DNA of 63,630 bases, counting the filler, from Octopus bimaculoides (taxonomy: Eukaryota): NCBI RefSeq assembly GCF_001194135.2. It is 8 parts of 8 records of this genome, joined end to end, with 100 filler letters (N's around TTAATTAATTAA, not from the genome) between each part and the next. Parts side by side here need not be neighbours in the genome. Positions count along the whole stretch, not along the records: positions 28,997 to 46,485 come from NC_068982.1; positions 46,586 to 57,897 come from NC_069002.1; 6 more parts are not named here. The stretch is one strand, 5' to 3'. Below the pieces are notes generated by a model. That model searched no databases. It saw only the letters and a list, made by a program, of their open reading frames with translations, and was not told where the DNA came from. This document shows, in pieces, positions 40,981 to 53,922 of this stretch (positions within the stretch are counted from its first letter, which is position 1; the number at the start of each line of letters is the position of its first letter). Made by a program: the position numbers and the translations under genes.

Positions 40981-41090
40981 AATATTTAGCAGAAGCAACA
41001 GAGTGACTCAAGGTCAGAGTTTTGTGCGTTGGCACTTGTGCCAATGAAACTCACGGACCTTGAGTCACTCCGTTGTTCCTGCTAAATATT
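40981..41090. repeat. 110-nt long hairpin (MITE or pre-miRNA-like)
   Basis: 35-bp arms at 40981-41015 and 41056-41090 (3 mismatches), plus inner stems gagttt/aaactc and ttggca/tgccaa. Confidence 0.85.
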
Positions 41091-41143
41091 CATAAACATA
41101 TAACTATACTCATATTTTGAGTTCTATTCTCCTGTTTGCGCCA

Positions 41144-41175
<32 letters not shown>

Positions 41176-41763
41176 CACCGCTTGAAAACCGGTGTTAGTT
41201 TGTTTACGTCCCCGTAGCCTAGTGGTCCAGCGAAAGAAACCGATACAATAAGTACTAGGCTTAAAAAAGTACAGGAGTTGATTCGTTCGGCTAAAAGCTC
41301 TTGAAGGTGGTACCTCCAGCATGGCCCCACCCTAATGACTGAAAGAAATAAACGATAAAGTTGAAAAAATACAATCAGTACCGCATAAATATTTATTGTG
41401 CTAGTTTCTTGGAACAGATCTATATTGATATATTTAAACAGTACATCGACTCAAGCCCCAGTTACTCTTTTGGTTGCCATTCTTTTGCGACCAGAATCAA
41501 TCGTTGTTTGATTACATATTTAACACATCTATTGTGTCTTCACATTACAGTACAGCCATTTTTTTTTATCATTTCAAGTTGTAACGCTCTCTAAATGTTA
41601 TTATTCATTTATAAAGACACGCGGTGTCTTTTTACTTTCGTGGTTGGTGGGAAGATAAGCAGAAAATACTATATTTATTATATATAATATTTTGTGTTAA
41701 TAATTTATAATTAGCTAGAAGATTTGTCCGATAGACATTATATACTAGGTAGCTTAAACTTGT

Positions 41764-42134
41764 GTGGAGGCGCAATGGCCCAGTGGTTAGGGCAGCGGAC
41801 TCGCAGTCATAGGATCGCGGTTTCGATTCCCAGACCGGGTGTTGTGAGTGTTTATTGAGCGAAAACACCTAAAGCTCCGGCAGGGGATGGTGGCAAACCC
41901 TGCTGTACTCTTACACCACAACTTTCTCTCACTCTTACTTCCTGTTTCTGTTGTGCCTGTAATTCAAAGGGTCAGCCTTGTCACACTGTGTCACGCTGAA
42001 TATCCCCGAGAACTACGTTAAGGGTACACGTGTCTCTGAAGTGCTCAGTCACTTGCACGTTAATTTCACGAGCAGGCTGTTCCGTTGATCGGATCAACTG
42101 AAATCCTTGACGTCGTAAGCGACGGAGTGCCAAC
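41764..42134 (+). mobile_element. SINE family C, full length (tRNA head; Nin-like central domain is my inference)
   Basis: ggaggcgcaatggcccagtggttagggc..gtttcgattccc..aagggtacacgtgtc..gtgctcagtcacttgcacgttaatttcacgagcaggctgttccg. Confidence 0.85.
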
Positions 42135-42321
42135 AAGGCTTAAACTTGTAAGTACATTGATTTGAAATAATATGGAGGAAATAATTATTAAGAAAGACGT
42201 AGACAACCTTATACATTTTAGAGAATCTTCTGACATATCCCAAAGACATTGATAATACACAAAGATGCATTAAATTCGTTGGTTTCTTAAACATACCGAG
42301 TTGTCATTATATGTACTAGGG

Positions 42322-42522
42322 AAAGGCGGCGAGCTGGCAAAACCATTAGCACGCTGGACGGAATGCTTAGCATTCTGAGTTCATGTTCTGCCGGGATCGA
42401 CTTTGCCTTTCTTCCTTTCGAAGTCGATGAAATAAGTACTAGTTGAATACTGGGGTCGATGTCATCGACTGGCTCCCTCATCCCAAATTTCAGGCCTTGT
42501 GCCTATAGAAGAAAGGATTATA
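42322..42522 (+). mobile_element. SINE family B, reference copy
   Basis: aaggcggcgagctggc..aatgcttagc..ttctgagttc..cgactttgcctt..tggggtcgatgtcatcgact..ggccttgtgcct. Confidence 0.8.
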
Positions 42523-43549
42523 TGTACTAGGGAATTTATTGTGAATTGTACTGGTTTTATCTGCTATAATGTGGCCACGAAACGCGCGTAGTCAACACGT
42601 TACCTTATATTTTATCAATTTACTAAGTTGAATTAAATTTTTAGTCTAGGATTTTATAGATTTTTATGTATTTTATACTTTTCTATTAGATTTTATAGAT
42701 TTTTAAATTAGCATTTTGTAGAGTACATTTTTCTGGATGGTGATTGGTCTCCTTCATTGTGTGAATTGTATATCGGTGGTTCTTCTCTAAATTATATTTA
42801 TATACATATATTATTTATTATAAAATTCAATTTGGTATTACTAAATTGAATATTTCCGTATGTTTGGAATTTTACATTCCCTAATATTATAANNNNNNNN
42901 NNNNNNNNNNNNNNNNNNNNNNNNNNNNNNNNNNNNNNNNNNNNNNNNNNNNNNNNNNNNNNNNNNNNNNNNNNNNNNNNNNNNNNNNNNNNNNNNNNNN
43001 NNNNNNNNNNNNNNNNNNNNNNNNTATAATGTGAGATGAAAGTTTCACTTTTAATAGTTTTACTATGTATACATTATTTACATAGTGAAAGTATTAAATG
43101 GGAAACTATTATTTCACATTACAATAGAGATGTTATTGTTTCACTTTTGACTCGTTATACGGAAACAGTCTAAGAGATTACTCCGGGCACGCATTAGGCA
43201 AGAAGTTGAAAATTTTTATGTCCCATAACACTCTATGTGCATTAGTAAAATTTGAATGAAATCGTTTTTGTAGTTGTCGAGTTTTAGTGATGCACACATA
43301 CAGACGCGCGCGCGCACCCACATACACACACACATTCTCAGTTTTATATATGTGTGTGTGTGTGTGTGCACACGCGCACGTTTGTTTGTGCGTGCGCGTG
43401 TGTTCTTAAATGGCTTACAAACATCTTCCACGCTGCAATTATTTTTGTTTAGTACACGATCTCAGATCAAGTCACTTGCTATGCAAGTACATTTCCGTAA
43501 TATATATATATATATGCATGTCTGTATGCATGTATGTGTGTTTATATAT

Positions 43550-43772
43550 ATATATGTGTGTGTCTTTGTGTCTGTGTTTATCCCCCGTCACCGAATGATA
43601 ACCGCTGTAGGTGTGTTTACGTGCCCGTAACTTAACGATTCGGCAAAAGGAACCGATAGGACAAGTTCTAGGCTTTAAAAATATAATGGGGTCGATTTAT
43701 TCGGCTAAAAATTCCTCAAGGCGGTGCTCAAGCATGATTGTAGTTTAATGACTGACACAAGTGAAAGATAGC
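43550..43772 (+). mobile_element. SINE family A, 3' part
   Basis: Family A tail motifs. Confidence 0.7.
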
Positions 43773-44039
43773 TTTGCTCAACCAAGATTGGTCTGGGATT
43801 AATTGACAACAGCAACTGTATTGATCTCTCAGAGATGGGTTTAAGATGGATATGGAATCTTACTCTTTAAAGCACTTTGTCTAATTATTCTCAGATATTC
43901 TTATCCACTCATTTTATCTTCAAAGTAACTTTCCTAATACAAGCCAGCGAGAGAAAGTTTACACTCGATCTGTTAGAAATTGCAGTCAAACCACCCTTAT
44001 AAACAAGGACATTGTCATTCGATTATGTGATCTTAAATG

Positions 44040-44422
44040 GTTGGCACTCCGTCGGTTACGACGATGAGGGTTCCAGTTGATCCGATCAGCGGAACAGCCT
44101 GCTCGTGAAATTAACGTGCAAGTGGCTGAGCACTCCACAGACACGTGTACCCTTAACGTAGTTCTCGGGGAGATTCAGCGTGACACAGAATATGACAAGG
44201 CTGGCCCTTTGAAATACAGGTACAACAGAAACAGGAAGTAAGAGTGAGAGAAAGTTGTGGTGAAAGAGTACAGTAGGGTTCACCACCATCCCCCGCCGGA
44301 GTCTCGTGGAGCTTTAGGTGTTTTCACTCAATAAACACTCACAACGCCCGGTCTGGGAATCGAAACCGCGATCCTATGACCGCGAGTCCGCTGCCCTAAC
44401 CACTGGGCCATTGCGCCTCCAC
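44040..44422 (-). mobile_element. SINE family C, full length, inverted relative to 41764-42134
   Basis: Reverse complement alignment over the whole length with few substitutions and short indels. Confidence 0.85.
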
Positions 44423-45944
44423 TGTGATCTTAAATCACATTACGTCTAAAAATAAAAGAAAGAAAAGACTAAATGGTTGCTATGGAAAGCCTTTGCTCAT
44501 GGGTCAGCTTTGATCAAGCTGACCTGGTGCTAAATTATAATAAACTTTCTAACTTCGTTGAAAAACAAGATACTTTTTTTTTATTTTTGTCTTTGCTTTT
44601 CTTCTGTAATCTACTTCTCTGGCGCGGTCCTGTTACTTGCGACAAGTTATCTTTACTTGTTTTACCTATTCTCCTCATATCTATGTCACTTAAGTGCATT
44701 AGTATAATAAATTCACTCGAAACATTAACGTTAAAAATAAAAAATAAAAACTAGTTCATAGGTAGTTTTAAGTAAATGTTAGTTGTTACCTTGTTCGACC
44801 TTTTAATTCTTATTCAACATTTGACTGTATTTTTGCTGTATTTTTTGTATTTATTTTGTACAGTACCAATCAATTTGATTTAGGTTATTGCAAATAATAA
44901 TAAACAAATCTCACGCTATCTTTAAAACTGCCTGATTGTTGTAGAACCACACCGTTATTCTATTAACTAGAAGTACTGCATACAACAATTCGTGCAGTAA
45001 CAAATTGACTACAGTTTATTACAATATAGTGGGTTTGTTTGTCTCGTGTTTAACATAGCATTCGAACTGAATAGTCATTATCCATCACATATCTCTTTTT
45101 AACACCTAACCAACTAATTAGCAAAACAGTAGAATCCGAGACAGAGATGTTTGCGTCAGCAAAATGTAATACAAATAATTCGAAGAGGGAAGTGAATTTC
45201 TTTACCGCGAGAAAGAAAAGAAGTCTGTTTACTGATTGGGGAGAATGATTAAGAAGTTCACTTCGCAAATATAGTACCTCGGGTTCGATCCTATTGCGTG
45301 ATATCTTGGACAAGTGTCGTTTACAATAATTTCGGGTTGACTCAAGCTTTGTGAGTGAAATTGTGAAGACAGAGATTGTTTGGAAGTCCGTCGGATAAAT
45401 TTGCTTTAAATCCAAATGTCCAGGGTTGTTATGCACTGTGTCACGCTACTTTTGCCTGAGAATTCCTTTAAGAATACATGTGTCTATGGAATATTCAGCC
45501 ACTTACTGTCAAATTCAATAAGCAGATAGTTCAGTTGATAGAACAACTGAATACTCATTGTCGAAACCGAAAGAGATCCATTTACTTATAAAATTAAAAC
45601 TGTTTAAGTCGGTAACATCTTTTCTCTTTCTGATAAAAGTCCTGTGTCTGAAACAACAGTAGTTTACAGTTCCAATAACAAACCAATTTCAATAATTTTC
45701 CTTTTAGACCAATAAATACAATTTTTACCGGAGTAGACTTCTCTCAGTCTTCTTGAATTATATGTATTTACTCGCCTAACTTTCATCATGATTCTCCAAA
45801 CACTGTATAAGTTCAAAGATAAGTTTTTAAAATGAAGAAAACAATTTTTATGTTATGTACATTAGAGATGTTGAGTGCACGTGTGTGTGTGGGGGGGAGC
45901 ATATGCATATGCTAGACACATAACTGTACACTACTAGATCAAGG

Positions 45945-46110
45945 TGGATGTGTGCGGCTTAGTGGTTAGGGTGTTGGATTCATGATCGTAAGATTGTGGT
46001 TGCTCCAGTTCACTCAGCTGACAAAAATGAGTAATCCTGCGATGGACCGGCGTTCCGTCCAGGTGGAAAATATATACGCCATGGAAACCGGAAAATCGGC
46101 CCTATGAGTC
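45945..46110 (+). mobile_element. SINE with family D-type head and V-domain-like motif, internally deleted
   Basis: ggcttagtggttaggg..gttgctccagttcactcagctg..aatcctgcgatggaccggcgttccgtccagg; the latter resembles the V-SINE central domain. Confidence 0.5.
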
Positions 46111-46872
46111 AATAGGACTTAGAAACGATCTTTATCCCTTATTCAACTTGATCAAGATGGAGAACTCTGAGTAAGTTGCTTGGCGTACACGAAGTAGATA
46201 GAAGATCTCACTAAAAAAAAAACCCTATTCTATCGTCCAAAAAGACTGTGAGGGAAAAAGACGGGATGATTATTACAGGAATGCTTTTTATCAAAGGTCT
46301 ACTTGATCAAAGGTCGACTTGATCAAATTTAGATATACACATTCATATATAAAAAAAAACTCATATACACACACACATAAACACACACCAGCGAATTTTT
46401 AACGCATGCACATATATTTTAAAGGAAATATTTATATGCACTCATACACATTGTTTTCTCTGTCTGTCTGTCTGTCTCTGTCTCTNNNNNNNNNNNNNNN
46501 NNNNNNNNNNNNNNNNNNNNNNNNNNNNNTTAATTAATTAANNNNNNNNNNNNNNNNNNNNNNNNNNNNNNNNNNNNNNNNNNNNTATGTATATATGTAT
46601 ATATATATGTATGTATCTATATGTTTATATATTTATATGTATATCTATATGTATATAATCATACGTATATATAAGTATATATATACGTGTGTATGTATAT
46701 ATGTATATATGTACACACATACATATGCTTAATAGAGAGTAGATGTGACATGAAATGCGGTATGTAGGATTAGATGGGAAACTACGCAAGTAGTGTTTAA
46801 ATGTATGTATGTATGTATGTATGCATGTATGTATGTATGTATATATGTTTTATAAGACTCTGTGTGTGTGTT

Positions 46873-46921
<49 letters not shown>

Positions 46922-47698
46922 CTAATGCATATATATACATACATACATATATTTACATACATACATATATNNNNNNNNNNNNNNNNNNNNNNNNNNNNNN
47001 NNNNNNNNNNNNNNNNNNNNNNNNNNNNNNNNNNNNNNNNNNNNNNNNNNNNNNNNNNNNNNNNNNNNNNNNNNNNNNNNNNNNNNNNNNNNNNNNNNNN
47101 NNNNNNNNATATATATATATACGTATATAAACATGTGTGTTTATGTATGTACGTATATATATATATATGCATACACACAGATACACACACACACAGTCAC
47201 ACACTCATATGTGTGAGTATATATCTTCGAATGCATACGCGTCTATATTGATATATATATGCATACATTACATATATACACACTCACACAATCGTAGGTG
47301 ATAGAATATGATTGGACGTGGAAGGAAAGCAACCAGAGAATGGTTGTTGAAGAAAGTTAATGCAAAGAATAGGTGAGAAGAAATGGCAAAGAATGGCATT
47401 GATTGGGGGCGGCTGGCACCTTGCCTTGGCAACGTGTTTACCATATTTCCCGCCGGAATCATCTAAGAGGAACAAACAGAGTAGATTGAACTATAGGAAA
47501 GAGATGTATAAGTAAATGAATGAATAAATATGTGTAAAATATAAAAATACGGAGATAAATATTGCAGAGTTTTGTATACAAATAATAAGGAAAATAGGGA
47601 ATGAAAAAAAAGTGGGAAGCATGGAATGTAAAGAGATGAAAGGAAGGAAGGAAGGAAGGAAGGAAGGAAGGAAGGAAGGAAGAAAGAAAGAAAAAAGG

Positions 47699-47764
<66 letters not shown>

Positions 47765-47929
47765 GAAAAATAGAGGAAGAAAGAAAAAAGGGAGAAAGAA
47801 GAATAGAAGGGAAAGAAGAAAGAAGGAGTTAGTAAAATGAGGTAAGTAAGAGAATGGGATTGACTTTTATTTTGATTCTGAAATCTTTTAGAATTGTCTG
47901 CAATTGTAAAAGAAAACGGAATAATTGAA

Positions 47930-48490
47930 TGCTTTTTTCCAAGAATAATGGCACGAACAAGTTGAAAGAATTTTGTTTCGTTGATGTGACATGTTCTGCA
48001 GAAACAATAGAAGGAAATCTTTACCATAGGAAGGATATATGTAACCAAAATCTGAAGCACCGAGGAATTTTGGCGAGATATTTGGAACTATGGAGGTTCA
48101 AAACATCACAAAAGCAAATTGGTTAAGAGTAAGTGAAAATCGATCAAGACGAAAGAATATGAATTTTGGTCTCAAATTTTGACCCAAGACCAACAAGGTC
48201 GGGGGAGGAGCAGGTAAGTTGATTACATTGACCCTAGTACTCAACTGGTACTTATTTTATTAACCCGAAACGATGACGGGCAAAGTCAGTCTTATGGGAA
48301 CTTTCCATGGAAATTTATCATTCTACCGAAGCAAGGAAGGTAGGATATAATCATAGTGAAGAAGAAAAACAAACAGTATAAGAAAGATCATAGACATTGC
48401 AAGCCTATATGATGACAGAGTAGATATTAAGGCACGTGAGAAATCTGAGAAATGAAGAGATTGTGCAACATAGGGTTAAAATTCTTCCTG
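47930..48490 (+). mobile_element. Heavily decayed R4-type LINE pieces with a SINE B insertion (~48160-48290, minus strand)
   Basis: EFWRDIW-like and IIDIA..DRV..KILPVVIGAI-like translations. Confidence 0.4.
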
Positions 48491-48944
48491 TGGTTATTGG
48501 TGCAATTAGCACAATGCCCAAACTGATACATAAGAGGCTGAAGGAAACGAGAAATATATTTTTTAAAATATATTAAAATACCATACCGGTTTCAACGATT
48601 ATTCCTTTTTTTCTATTATAAATGTATCTACCCTCTTTATGGTGATACAGTGCGATTTGAAAGATATGTAGCTGATATTTCTTACAGTTCCAGATTCCAG
48701 CGCTGGCGCTTGACTCACAGGTAATTTTCACGATAATAAGAATAATACATACGACAATAACAACAACAATTACATCACACTTAATCTCAGGATGTCTTCA
48801 GTAGGGTCCACTCGGTTATACACATATTCAGACCAGATCTGGGGACAATTTTTTTTTTTTTGCACACACAAACAATTTAGCTGATACACTTCAAAATTAG
48901 GTTATGGGCACTGTCTTTCCATCTCTGAATTTAAAAAAATAGAC

Positions 48945-49345
48945 ACAGGCGTGGCTGTGTGGTAAGAAGCTTGTTTCCAACCACATGGTTCTGGGTTCAG
49001 TCCCACTGCATGGCACCTTGGGCAAATGTCTTCTACTAATAGCCTCGGGCCGACTAAAGCCTTGTGATTGGATTTAGTAGAAGGAAACTGAAAGAAACCC
49101 ATCGTATAGTTATATATACATGTGGGGGCGTACAGTTATATATACATGTGTTTTTGTGTCTGTGCTTGTCCCCCACCACCGGTGTTAGAGTGTCTACGTA
49201 CCCGTAACTTAACGGTTCGGCAGAAAAGGTAAATAGAACCACCAGCACCAGGCGTACGAAAATAAGTGCTGGGGGTCGATTCATTCGACTAAAAAACTCT
49301 TCAAGGTTGCGCCCCAGCATGGCCGCGGTGTAACGACTAAAACAA
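48945..49345 (+). mobile_element. SINE family A, full length
   Basis: Collinear with 39168-39560. Confidence 0.85.
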
Positions 49346-49418
49346 AAAAGCACATAAAAAAAAATAAAACATACACTCACAAACAAACGACAATTCTTTT
49401 TTTTTTTTTAATATTACC

Positions 49419-49498
49419 GGCTGACAAGATTCGAACTGATGATACAGAGGGCGGGGTAGTCGTTTTAGTCACCGTTCTACCGTTTCGGCTAAATCACC
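49419..49498 (-). pseudogene. tRNA-like remnant followed by an A-tail
   Basis: Minus strand has an A-box-like tagccgaaacgg and a B-box gttcgaatc, then taatatt and an A-rich run. No clean cloverleaf. Confidence 0.35.
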
Positions 49499-49639
49499 GC
49501 CGTGTAGATAAATTAAAGACCCTGGCAGCTATTTCAAATTAATAATCAGCCAAGCGAAATATTCCAAATTCCAACCCATATTCTTTAACCAAACATTTTA
49601 CAGAGTTTTATAGTGTTTACCGTCAAAATCACTCAACCG

Positions 49640-50195
49640 TGAATGAATATTACATCTTTGTCTTTTCTTTTCTTTCTTTTTCCTTTTTCTCTTTCTTTCA
49701 TTTTTTTTTCCTTTTACTTTTCTCGTTCATCGCATTCCTTCTCTTCCTCTTTCACCTCTCTTTTCCTCTCATTATTGTTCCTCTTCTTGCTCAATTCATT
49801 CTTCTACCTCTTCTTCTTTTTCTTCTTCCTTGCCTTCTTTTTTTCTTCCCTTTCTACCGTTCACTCCTTCTCTACTTCTCCTCCACCTCCTCCTCCTCGT
49901 CATCATCATCATCATCATCATCCTACTACTACCACTACCACTACTACCACCACCACTACTACCACCACCACTACTACCACCACCACTACTACCACCACCA
50001 CTACTACCACCACCACTACTACCACCACNNNNNNNNNNNNNNNNNNNNNNNNNNNNNNNNNNNNNNNNNNNNNNNNNNNNTACCACTACTACCACCACCA
50101 CTACTACCACCACCACTACTACCACCACCACTACTACCACCACCACTACTACCACCACCACCACTACTTCTACTACTACTACTACTACTACTACA

Positions 50196-50282
<87 letters not shown>

Positions 50283-50684
50283 GCTTCTTCTTTTCTGTAT
50301 TTTTACTCGTTCTACGTTTACTCATACGATTGTCTTATTGATCCTCTTCTTCTCCTTCTTCATCTTCTGCTTCTTTTTTTCTTTCTTCTTCATCTTCTTC
50401 TTCTTCTTCTTCTCCTTCTCCTCCTCCTTCTTCCCCCCCTACTTTTCCTTCTTCGCCTTCTTTGTTCCTTCTTCCAGTTTCTTCATTCCCCGACATCTTC
50501 TGCAGATACACTTCCCATAATCGCTATCGCCTTTGTGGTTGTTGTTGTTGTGGCTATTGTTCAAGTCTGTCGCTCACGCTGACATCTTTACCGTTTGTTC
50601 TCCTGCTCGTCTCCTCATTTCTCCTTTTTCTCTTTGTCATATTTCCGATTCTGTCTCCCTTCACTCTTCTTCTTCTTCTTCTTC

Positions 50685-50744
<60 letters not shown>

Positions 50745-51257
50745 GTCTTCTTCCTCATCTTCTTCTTCTTATTATTATTATTATTATTCCTCTTCTTCTT
50801 CTTCTTCTTCTTCACCTTCTTCTCCTTCCTCTTCTTCTTCTTATTATGATTCTTCTTCACCTTCTCCTTTTTCACCTTCTCCTTCTTCACCTTCTCCTTC
50901 TTCTTCTTCTTCACCTTCTCATTCTTCTACTTCTTCCTCTTCTTCTCTTTCTCCATCTTCACCTTCTTCTTCTTCTTCTTCTTCTTCTTCTTCTTCTTCT
51001 TCTTCTTCTCTTTCTTCTTCTTCTTCTTCTTCTTCTTCTTCTTCTTCTTCTTCTTCTTCTCCTCGCATCCTCCTCTTCCTCCTCCTCTTCGTACTCAATT
51101 TAGGGTATATATATATTTCTCTCCCACTCTTCCCTCGACCTCCTTATAGTTAAATTTCGAAACGTTTCTCCTTTCCGTATACCCAGTTTTACACCCCGCC
51201 CATGTGGGCACAAACACACACTCAAATAGACACATGCAAACATATGTATATATGTGC

Positions 51258-51302
<45 letters not shown>

Positions 51303-51310
51303 TGTGTATT

Positions 51311-51344
<34 letters not shown>

Positions 51345-51472
51345 AATGTATGTATACATGCACATGCATATATATGTGCATAAAACACCCATACGTTAAC
51401 GCATACATATACACGAAAACTTGGTCATAGTATACACACAGGCAAGCTGCATACACGCATGCTGCACGCATG

Positions 51473-51503
<31 letters not shown>

Positions 51504-52059
51504 ATATAAAGACATACCCATCTGCTAATTTATTGGATTCAATGGGTGAATTACTGCATGAACCGTGGAATCCCGGAAACGTCTTTTAAGGGAGTAAATA
51601 TTCTCAAAATATCCTCTATACACACGCACACGCACACACACACACACACATATTTCCACTTTATATATATATATGTATATATGTATATAGATGTATATAT
51701 ATATATATATTTATATACACACATATGCAGACATCTGTATTCACGTACATACAAACATATGTTTACCTACACACACAGATAGATACCTGCATATACATGA
51801 ACATATATGCATACATAGTTATATATGCATGTATATCTATACACATTCTTATACACATACACACGTGTGCACAGACATACTCTCTCTCTCTCACTCACAC
51901 ACACACACTCCCCCTAGATACACACACACCTACATACACACTCCCCTAGATACACACACACCTACATACACACACATCTACATACACACACACCTACACA
52001 CACATACACTCAGATAAAACATTCATATCTCATTTGCAATTAACATCTTTTATCAACTC

Positions 52060-52104
<45 letters not shown>

Positions 52105-52142
52105 CATTATTATTATTATTATTATTATTATCATTATTATTA

Positions 52143-52177
<35 letters not shown>

Positions 52178-52359
52178 TTATTATTATTTTATTATTATTA
52201 TTATTATTATTATTGTTATTATTATTATTATTATTATCATTATTATTATTATTATTATTATCATTATTATTATCATTATTATTATTTTTATTATTAGTAT
52301 TATTATTATTTTATTATTATTTTATTATTATTATTATTATTGTTATTATTATTTTATTA

Positions 52360-52423
<64 letters not shown>

Positions 52424-52512
52424 CATTATTATTATTATTATCATTATTATTATTATTATTATTATTTTATTATTATTTTATTATTATTATTATTATTATT
52501 ATTTTATTATTA

Positions 52513-52549
<37 letters not shown>

Positions 52550-52587
52550 TTATTATTATTTTATTTTTATTATTATTATTATTGTTA

Positions 52588-52623
<36 letters not shown>

Positions 52624-52725
52624 TTATTTTATTTTTTTATTATTATTATTATTGTTATTATTTATTATTATTATTATTATTATTATTTTATTATTATTTT
52701 ATTATTATTAATATTATTATTGTTA

Positions 52726-52769
<44 letters not shown>

Positions 52770-52862
52770 CATCATTATCGTCGTTATCGTCAACGATATC
52801 ATCATCAGTACCATTATTACCATCGTCATCGTCACCATCGTCATCATCATCATCATCACCAC

Positions 52863-52910
<48 letters not shown>

Positions 52911-53110
52911 TATCATCACCATTATCATCGTCACTATTGATATCGTGTCTTATTAATATCAATATGATTTCATTCATGTTACAGAACTATTGATCTCACT
53001 ATTGTTATTACGTCTATTATTGTTGTTGTTGCTGTTGTTCTTATAGTTATTATTCATGGTGGCTGCTACTGCTGCTGCTGTTGCTGCTGCTGCTGTTGTT
53101 TCTGCTGATG
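49640..53110. repeat. Trinucleotide/dinucleotide simple-repeat field (TTC, CAC/TAC, TTA, CAT, TG, CA)
   Basis: Direct reading; the (TTA)n tract spans ~52050-52770. Confidence 0.95.
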
Positions 53111-53260
53111 AGGATGATGCAGCCTGGATTAATTGACATCCCCAAACAAAATGTCCTAATTAGCTAAAACAGACATAAAAATTTATTGAAAACTGACAAC
53201 AGCAGCAATGGAGTGATCGAAAAATATATTTATTTATTTATCGTGAGAAATTGATTTTTG

Positions 53261-53465
53261 ACGGCGAGCTGGCGTAAACGTTAGCACGCCGGATAAAATG
53301 CTTAACGGTATTTCATCCATTTTTTACATTCTGAGTTCAAATTCCCCCGAGGTCGACTTCGCCTTTCATCCTTTCGCGGTCGAGAAAATAAGTACCAGTT
53401 ACGCACTGGTGGGGTCGATGTAATCGATTTAACTCCTCCATCAAACTTACGAGCCTTTTGCTAAA
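53261..53465 (+). mobile_element. SINE family B
   Basis: ggcgagctggcg..ttctgagttcaaatt..aggtcgacttcgcctttcatcc..ggggtcgatgtaatcga. Confidence 0.8.
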
Positions 53466-53484
53466 ATTTGAAATCATTATTACT

Positions 53485-53707
53485 CTTTTACTCTTTTACT
53501 TGTTTCAGTCATTTGACTGCGGCTATGCTGGAGCACCGCCTTTTGTCGAGAAAATCGACCCCAGGACTTATACTTTGGATGCCTAGTACTTATTCTATCG
53601 GTCTCTTTTTCCGAACCGCTAAGTTACGGGGACGAAAACACACCACCATCGGTTGTCAAGCGATGTTGGTAAGCAAGCTACTTATCACACAGCCACTCCT
53701 GCGCCTA
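53485..53707 (-). mobile_element. SINE family A with a large internal deletion (head joined to tail)
   Basis: The head ggcgcaggagtggctgtgtgataagtagcttgctta (53669-53707) is fused directly to the 3' part. Confidence 0.75.
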
Positions 53708-53922
53708 TTATTATTATTAATATTATCATTATTATTAATATTATCATTATAATTTATTTTATTATGTAATTTTTATTATATATATATTGTTTCCTGATAT
53801 GGTTTATTATATTATGTTTTTCTTCATTTTTCACCACATTTTGTTATATTTTGTCATAGTTTGTTATGTTATGTATCTATGCTTGTTTATCACGAAGTGA
53901 ACTGTTTCCAAAAAATAGAGTA

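Larger units (their letters stand above)
40609..41360 (+). mobile_element. SINE family A split into 5' (40609-40730) and 3' (41145-41360) halves by nested inserts
   Basis: Both halves are collinear with 39168-39560, and the break falls in the internal microsatellite. Confidence 0.6.
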
